From a virus, in the IMG/VR virus record IMGVR_UViG_3300026078_000029, positions 3,042 through 67,041 of that record: 64,000 bases of DNA. One strand, given 5' to 3'. The notes under the pieces were generated by a model. The model did no database searches and was not told where the DNA came from. It saw only the letters and a program-made list of their open reading frames with translations. The position numbers and the translations under genes are program-made. Shown one piece after another: positions 60,101 through 64,000 of this stretch (its first letter is position 1; each line of letters opens with the position of its first letter).

Positions 60101-61048
60101 ATGTCGAAATATTTCAAAACGACATTGCAGGCGGCATTTGGGTTGGGGTATAAGATAATTGGGTGGTATGATATATTTAATGATGAATATGTTATCTCCA
60201 TTCAGCAACCGGGCGGTATCATTAGTACCTTTGCTTTCTCGGCAGCAAACTGGCAGTATTTAGAGACGTACACTATTGCGCCGGGTGATATAACCATTAC
60301 TACGCCACCAACGCACTCTACGCCGTCTTATGATAGCGGCACAGGAGTTGTTACGCTGACGCCAGATGCTAACTACGTTGGCTCAGACACAATGGTTATT
60401 TCTTTTCCTGCGCCGGGGTTGGGGACGGTAACTAAAAACGTATGCTTTAGTTGGACTGCCGGAAGTGGAAGCGTTAATCCTTTTGCATTTACGTCTATTG
60501 ATAACGCACTACTTGATACTTTATATTCCTCTAATGTTATCGGGGTTTCTGGCAATGATTACGCTGTACCGATCAGCATTACTAGTGGAGAATACAGTAT
60601 AAATGGTGGCGCATGGACTTCATCAGCAGGAACGGTTAATAATGGCGACTCAGTACAAGTAAGGCAAACCAGTTCAGGTAGCAATGATACCACTACGACT
60701 ACAACTTTAACTATTGACAGCCAATCTGCAAATTTTGATGTAACTACGCAAGCATCAACCCCCGCATTTAATGTTAATATTTATAATAATTCTTCTTCTG
60801 TTCTAATTGTAAGCACAACTATAGGCTCAAATGTATATGGTAATGTGAATCCAGGCGGGTCTATGAGTTTAAATGTCGCAGCTGGAACTTATACTGTCCA
60901 AGTTAAAACAGGAGCCGGAGGAACTAGATATGTGAATTGTACCGGGCAGACAGAGCAAAGTGGTGGCGCTGGATTTTTAGCTTCATTTACAGGTGTAGTA
61001 ATATCCCTTGCTACTATAACGGTTATAGATATACAAGATACGCCATGA
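57131..61048 (+). CDS. Tail stabilisation/nozzle protein, N-terminal part with inserted Ig-like domains
   Basis: GG..QDD....I..GDY..A.N start; SDFYPS...FGRP, ITWSD, NGL..F motifs; Ig-like C-terminal additions. Confidence 0.7.
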   Translation: MAVISNLITFYHGGQDQDDAPIKIQPGDYIAAYNCRNSGTVSGEDGYTTNIESNIFIQGSLPSGINKIVGAQGFEQIRKSVWFIYNSEGFHQIGVLDYDTNVLTIAFENLTDSADVDILALSPNNYVLDIKLVNDDFLIWNDGKAPVGYTNLTKLLAGGYGTLIAEDLALLKPQILQPPTGTYGSDNGQPSNDLFALLPQFTVQYINAEFNYSAWGTWSKRIVPYQQDTPSLGSDVSQNNYIVVSVNIGSERANTLNIACRFGTNIFNIIKSVDRAYILALPHSAVDVDNEIYEAYNSGTNTYSFAFYNNDITIPVNPLETDLFYDYIWPCGATEVVNGTIIANADIHAGYERPTTSVTVTGIGYDPNIDIPAGTYPNPLKVLSYFPGASGSGAGDHKRIMSFTLGGTPHTGDKIIVVVYDIRNSASTKNYTYTVPSALDGNLAGVIAAFAPFFPRSSYTTNSITWTDDPYFTMQNIAIQLFFAGATVANSIESVLDNQPYQAALSYRDSNGTPFPLRTDSSFQFITPSRAQVNGQAVEVSWTINDMAAPVGAVDYQWLLTKPALPQLVETTATILNFKGTWNASTNTPTLAVNDGSAKVGDTYQVTTPARPEFTPYHDLGNGAVYDTGDYVVYNGQLWNVLPKNFGDLTDTGNILAFSLNPLQLFNSEYATQGVSTILGYEYVVNDRCTLHYYIDGSGTKQYFNQPCVNLSVFGFDAASYIVKVEKSASFTVSGGNVLYNGQQINGLNIFLRLYSPAPQDQSSSAVLNGTVYYEVGERFTITNGQHDVLSGTFASGGVYYKTRQMPDALLPYANPPVDVLSTDFNYSDFYPSAFGSFGRPRYYNDELEKTERKAVITWSDTYVLGSKRNGLTRFYPENVYGVQGGQTSANYGRIVKMLQVNNELVILQQLNHGSIPVYQVVYTDALQKTTVAVSEKLFNPIRYTTSKHIGIGDAKESVAIYNNVIYWIDPNRSQPVRWEGDGCFPISLKMSKYFKTTLQAAFGLGYKIIGWYDIFNDEYVISIQQPGGIISTFAFSAANWQYLETYTIAPGDITITTPPTHSTPSYDSGTGVVTLTPDANYVGSDTMVISFPAPGLGTVTKNVCFSWTAGSGSVNPFAFTSIDNALLDTLYSSNVIGVSGNDYAVPISITSGEYSINGGAWTSSAGTVNNGDSVQVRQTSSGSNDTTTTTTLTIDSQSANFDVTTQASTPAFNVNIYNNSSSVLIVSTTIGSNVYGNVNPGGSMSLNVAAGTYTVQVKTGAGGTRYVNCTGQTEQSGGAGFLASFTGVVISLATITVIDIQDTP

Positions 61049-61950
61049 GTAACTACTCCGCAATAGAGAATAACCAATTACAAATCCTGCTGACTGACGT
61101 CTCTCGGTCAACAGGATGGAGTGTGTCTGGAAGTGTCGCTTCGCACGAATCTTGTAATAATGGCAGTATCTACTTACTCGGCTATCCTTTAACCATCGGG
61201 GCTACCTACGAGTATACATTTGAGGTATTGACTATAACAAGTGGTGTCGTGGAAACCAATATAGGTGCGTCACACTCGACTACTGGGTGGGTTCATGAGA
61301 TTGAAGTGGCGACTTCGAGCCAGCTGTCCATATTCTCCAACGGTAACTGCTCCATCACAAACTTCACCATACGGCTTGTCGAGACAATCAACGACAACAA
61401 GGCGCAAAATACCATATCGTTCAGCGAAAAGACAAAAAAATGGGTGTCGTTCTATTCGTATATACCAGAAATGGCTATGTCGATGTTTACTAAGGTATTC
61501 AGTGGATTTGATGGCGATATTTACGTGCATGAGGCAGGAAGCGATTCGCGGAATAACTTTTATGGCGTACAATATCAATCTATCATACAGTTTGTAGATA
61601 ATATCGAACCTGCTATACCTAAAACGTTCCAATCCCTATCAATTCAGTGCAATGAGCTGATGATAACAACCCCAAATGGTATACAGACGAGTTTGGGGCA
61701 GATAAGTGAATTGGCCGCAATAGACTACGTAAAGGCGTTCCTTGACGATGGTGTATCTCAGGTGAATGTGCAAGCATTGGAGGGTGTATATGCTGCCAAT
61801 TTCAACAGAGATGCTAACACGGGGCTGTTGGATGGTGATGTACTTCGTGGCAATTACATGATCGTTGAACTAATCAGTACGGGCGCAGAAAGTTTGTTGC
61901 TATATACTATAAATGTGGTGAGTAGGCATTCGTCAATTGGTTCACGATAA
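61045..61950 (+). CDS. Tail stabilisation protein, C-terminal part
   Basis: TISFSE..KWVSFYSYIPE, NNFYG.QY, K.FQSL, EG.Y.A...RD, GD.LRG motifs; ATGA-coupled. Confidence 0.65.
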   Translation: MSNYSAIENNQLQILLTDVSRSTGWSVSGSVASHESCNNGSIYLLGYPLTIGATYEYTFEVLTITSGVVETNIGASHSTTGWVHEIEVATSSQLSIFSNGNCSITNFTIRLVETINDNKAQNTISFSEKTKKWVSFYSYIPEMAMSMFTKVFSGFDGDIYVHEAGSDSRNNFYGVQYQSIIQFVDNIEPAIPKTFQSLSIQCNELMITTPNGIQTSLGQISELAAIDYVKAFLDDGVSQVNVQALEGVYAANFNRDANTGLLDGDVLRGNYMIVELISTGAESLLLYTINVVSRHSSIGSR

Positions 61951-61968
61951 TTACTTATATTTGGTCAG

Positions 61969-62463
61969 ATGGAATCTATTGAACTCAGCAAAGACATAGC
62001 ACTCGACTTATTTCAGGTTGAATTGAGTAAAGGAAAAGTGTTCCATGCGCCTCTGGTGCATTTATTTACGCCGGGAATGTACACGCGCCAGATTTTAATG
62101 GAAGCTAAGCAAATTAATGTAGATGGCGAAGAATTGGAGAATTGGCACATTAGCAAAGTCCATAAAACTACACATGCTTTTTGTGTTTTAGCAGGGAAAG
62201 CAGCAGTTTATAATGGTGCAGACCAATTTTTAGGTTTAATTGAAGCGCCATTTACCGGAATCACAATTAAAGGCTCAAGGCGCATATTAAGGATATTTGA
62301 AGATATGATTTGGACTACCTCTCACCCATTGCCATATATTACAGGTGAGGAAAATAGTTGGAGTTCAGAAATGAAAGAAATGTTATTAATGCGAATTGAA
62401 GATGATTTGGTGGAAACACGCGAACTAAATATGGAGGAATTGAAGTGGCATTTGCAGCAGTAA
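61969..62463 (+). CDS. Cupin-like protein preceding ejection genes
   Basis: HLFTPGMYTR, SKVHKTTH, EAP...R......ED.IW...H. Confidence 0.6.
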   Translation: MESIELSKDIALDLFQVELSKGKVFHAPLVHLFTPGMYTRQILMEAKQINVDGEELENWHISKVHKTTHAFCVLAGKAAVYNGADQFLGLIEAPFTGITIKGSRRILRIFEDMIWTTSHPLPYITGEENSWSSEMKEMLLMRIEDDLVETRELNMEELKWHLQQ

Positions 62464-63140
62464 GCGCAGGAATAGGCGCGGCGAGCATAGGGATCGGCAT
62501 ATATAAAGGGATAAAAGCAAGTCATGACGCTAATGCTATTGCCAAAAACAATCCCCGTCCCACCTATCGGATACCTGAAGAATATAAACAGAATTTGGCT
62601 TTAGCGAAACAAATGGCTCAAATAGGCTTGTCGCAGCAGGCGTATAACCAACAGCAGAACGCTATTACTTCAAATCAGGCAGGCGCGGTATCGGCGTTAG
62701 GTAATTCAGGCAATCCGGGCGGAAATTTGGCGGCTATTGTTCGCGCAGGAAATAATTCTATCGGGCAACTTAATGCACAGGATGCTTTGGCAAGACAGCA
62801 GGGTACGCGTTCTGTTATGGCAGCTAATAGCGCCATTGCGAATCAGAAATTGCAAGCGCAGCAGTATAACCAGTTTGATAAGTACTCGGAAAACTTTAAC
62901 AGGGCGCAGGCATTACGGTCAGCCTCTAATCAGGATTGGAATAACGCCCTAAATGGTGCAGCAGGGTTAGCGGGTGGTTTGGCAAGTAATAACTTGGGAT
63001 TTGGGAAACAAAGTTCCACCAGTTTAGCGCCGGGAACTGCAACCAACCTGCAAATACCACAACAGTTTTGGAACAGTCCAGGATTAGGCTATCAAAATCA
63101 ACCTAATATGCCTATTGGCAGTAATTGGCAGCAATTCTAA
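62445..63140 (+). CDS. Ejection/DNA-pilot protein
   Basis: Gly/Ala hydrophobic N-terminus, Q/A/N-rich coiled coil. Confidence 0.6.
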   Translation: MAFAAVSAGIGAASIGIGIYKGIKASHDANAIAKNNPRPTYRIPEEYKQNLALAKQMAQIGLSQQAYNQQQNAITSNQAGAVSALGNSGNPGGNLAAIVRAGNNSIGQLNAQDALARQQGTRSVMAANSAIANQKLQAQQYNQFDKYSENFNRAQALRSASNQDWNNALNGAAGLAGGLASNNLGFGKQSSTSLAPGTATNLQIPQQFWNSPGLGYQNQPNMPIGSNWQQF

Positions 63141-64000
63141 TGGCAGGCAATCATCTAAATATCGCTCCCGGTGTTGGCGAAAGTGCGTATTGGGATACAA
63201 CTCCCGCTATACAGGCTTTTACCAATGTACTTGCGCAGCGTAAAGCAGAACAGGCTAAGAAGGATCAGGATTTAATAAATCAGGCATCCAAACTTAACCC
63301 TGAAGCCATACGCGATGCAGATAGGCAGGATTATATCAATAAATACAACGATTGGAAGCAGACGCAGATGGCTGCAAACCAACTGCCAACCAACTCACGT
63401 CAACGTTTAGACCAATTGGCGACAGCACAGCAGAAGTACAATGATTTGAATAACTTCATTTACGAGAGTAAAAAAGAGGCTGCTAATGAGCATGGCGTAT
63501 CTAACATGTTGCTTCAAAATCCGCATATGTTTAGCGATGAAGCGCATGGGCAACTCATTAAATCTATGCAGTCTCCGATGTCACACTCTGATTTTATACC
63601 GGGGAATAATTACAATAGGTTAGAGCGGTACATCGATCATACGAAAGTTGATGAGGGCTTTGATGCTGCAAATAAAGAGGCGCTTAAGCAGCAGGAATGG
63701 AGCAATCCTATACAATCACAGGGCAGAGACAGGCAAGGTAATAAAACAGGTGTAGTGGTGCATAATGAACGCCAGGTAGAGCCTGAAGATTTGTTAGCTA
63801 CTCACGCTCACATGTATACCCTATCGCCTGACATACGGGCCTCTATTGACAAGAGGTATGCAAACATAGAGGGGCAGAACCCGCAGGAAACTATGATGCT
63901 TAGATTACGCCAGAATGCTATTGATAGAGGGGATTTGACAGTTGGCCCAAATGGACAGTTACAAACTGCGGTTAATGAAAAGACGAAGCCTGAGTTTAAG
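63140..64000 (+). CDS. Internal virion/ejection protein (3'-truncated)
   Basis: TAATG-coupled ATG; frame open to window end; Q/K/D-rich helical. Confidence 0.55.
   Translation, partial: MAGNHLNIAPGVGESAYWDTTPAIQAFTNVLAQRKAEQAKKDQDLINQASKLNPEAIRDADRQDYINKYNDWKQTQMAANQLPTNSRQRLDQLATAQQKYNDLNNFIYESKKEAANEHGVSNMLLQNPHMFSDEAHGQLIKSMQSPMSHSDFIPGNNYNRLERYIDHTKVDEGFDAANKEALKQQEWSNPIQSQGRDRQGNKTGVVVHNERQVEPEDLLATHAHMYTLSPDIRASIDKRYANIEGQNPQETMMLRLRQNAIDRGDLTVGPNGQLQTAVNEKTKPEFK

Larger units (their letters stand above)
1..64000. mobile_element. Bacteroidota-infecting tailed phage genome (podovirus-type, crAss-like structural module), partial
   Basis: TerL, portal, scaffold, capsid and tail genes, lysis, recombination and replication modules; dense small ORFs; no bacterial housekeeping genes; TAnnTTTG promoters. 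Confidence 0.93.

Noticed and set aside
1-64000. Stop-codon recoding as in some crAss-like phages
   Set aside because: Long genes are intact in the standard code, and TAG and TGA both terminate well-defined genes
1-64000. Integrase/att site, DGR or retron reverse transcriptase, introns/inteins in TerL, phage DNA or RNA polymerase
   Set aside because: No diagnostic motifs seen; the part of the genome outside the window cannot be assessed

Overview
This window is most of a tailed dsDNA phage genome of Bacteroidota. It opens and closes inside large virion-protein genes, so the genome is longer than 64 kb. The morphogenesis block has podovirus/crAss-like order: GroES-like, TerS, TerL, portal, scaffold, major capsid, three ring/tail-tube proteins, split stabilisation protein, cupin-like and ejection proteins. 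It also has tail-fibre-like genes, a GH25 endolysin with holin, RecT plus exonuclease, SNF2 helicase plus DNA methylase, SF2 and SF3-type helicases, VRR-NUC, an iteron-rich origin, a Mom-like enzyme and a glycosyltransferase/methyltransferase cluster. No integrase, DNA polymerase or RNA polymerase is visible. Host assignment rests on TAnnTTTG promoters, A-rich translation starts without Shine-Dalgarno motifs and AQ-type signal peptides. Most notable: (1) tail-fibre-like proteins with Sec signal peptides, enriched in the Bacteroidota O-glycosylation sequon; (2) a five-gene coupled module of Cys-loop peptide, 4-TM protein, two TM/coiled-coil proteins and an intact orphan receiver domain; (3) repeated leader RNAs whose terminator loop is complementary to their own 5' end, plus a P4-CI/c4-like RNA; (4) a parS-like palindrome near the origin; (5) apparently leaderless late genes. 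All calls come from reading motifs by eye; no database searches were run.
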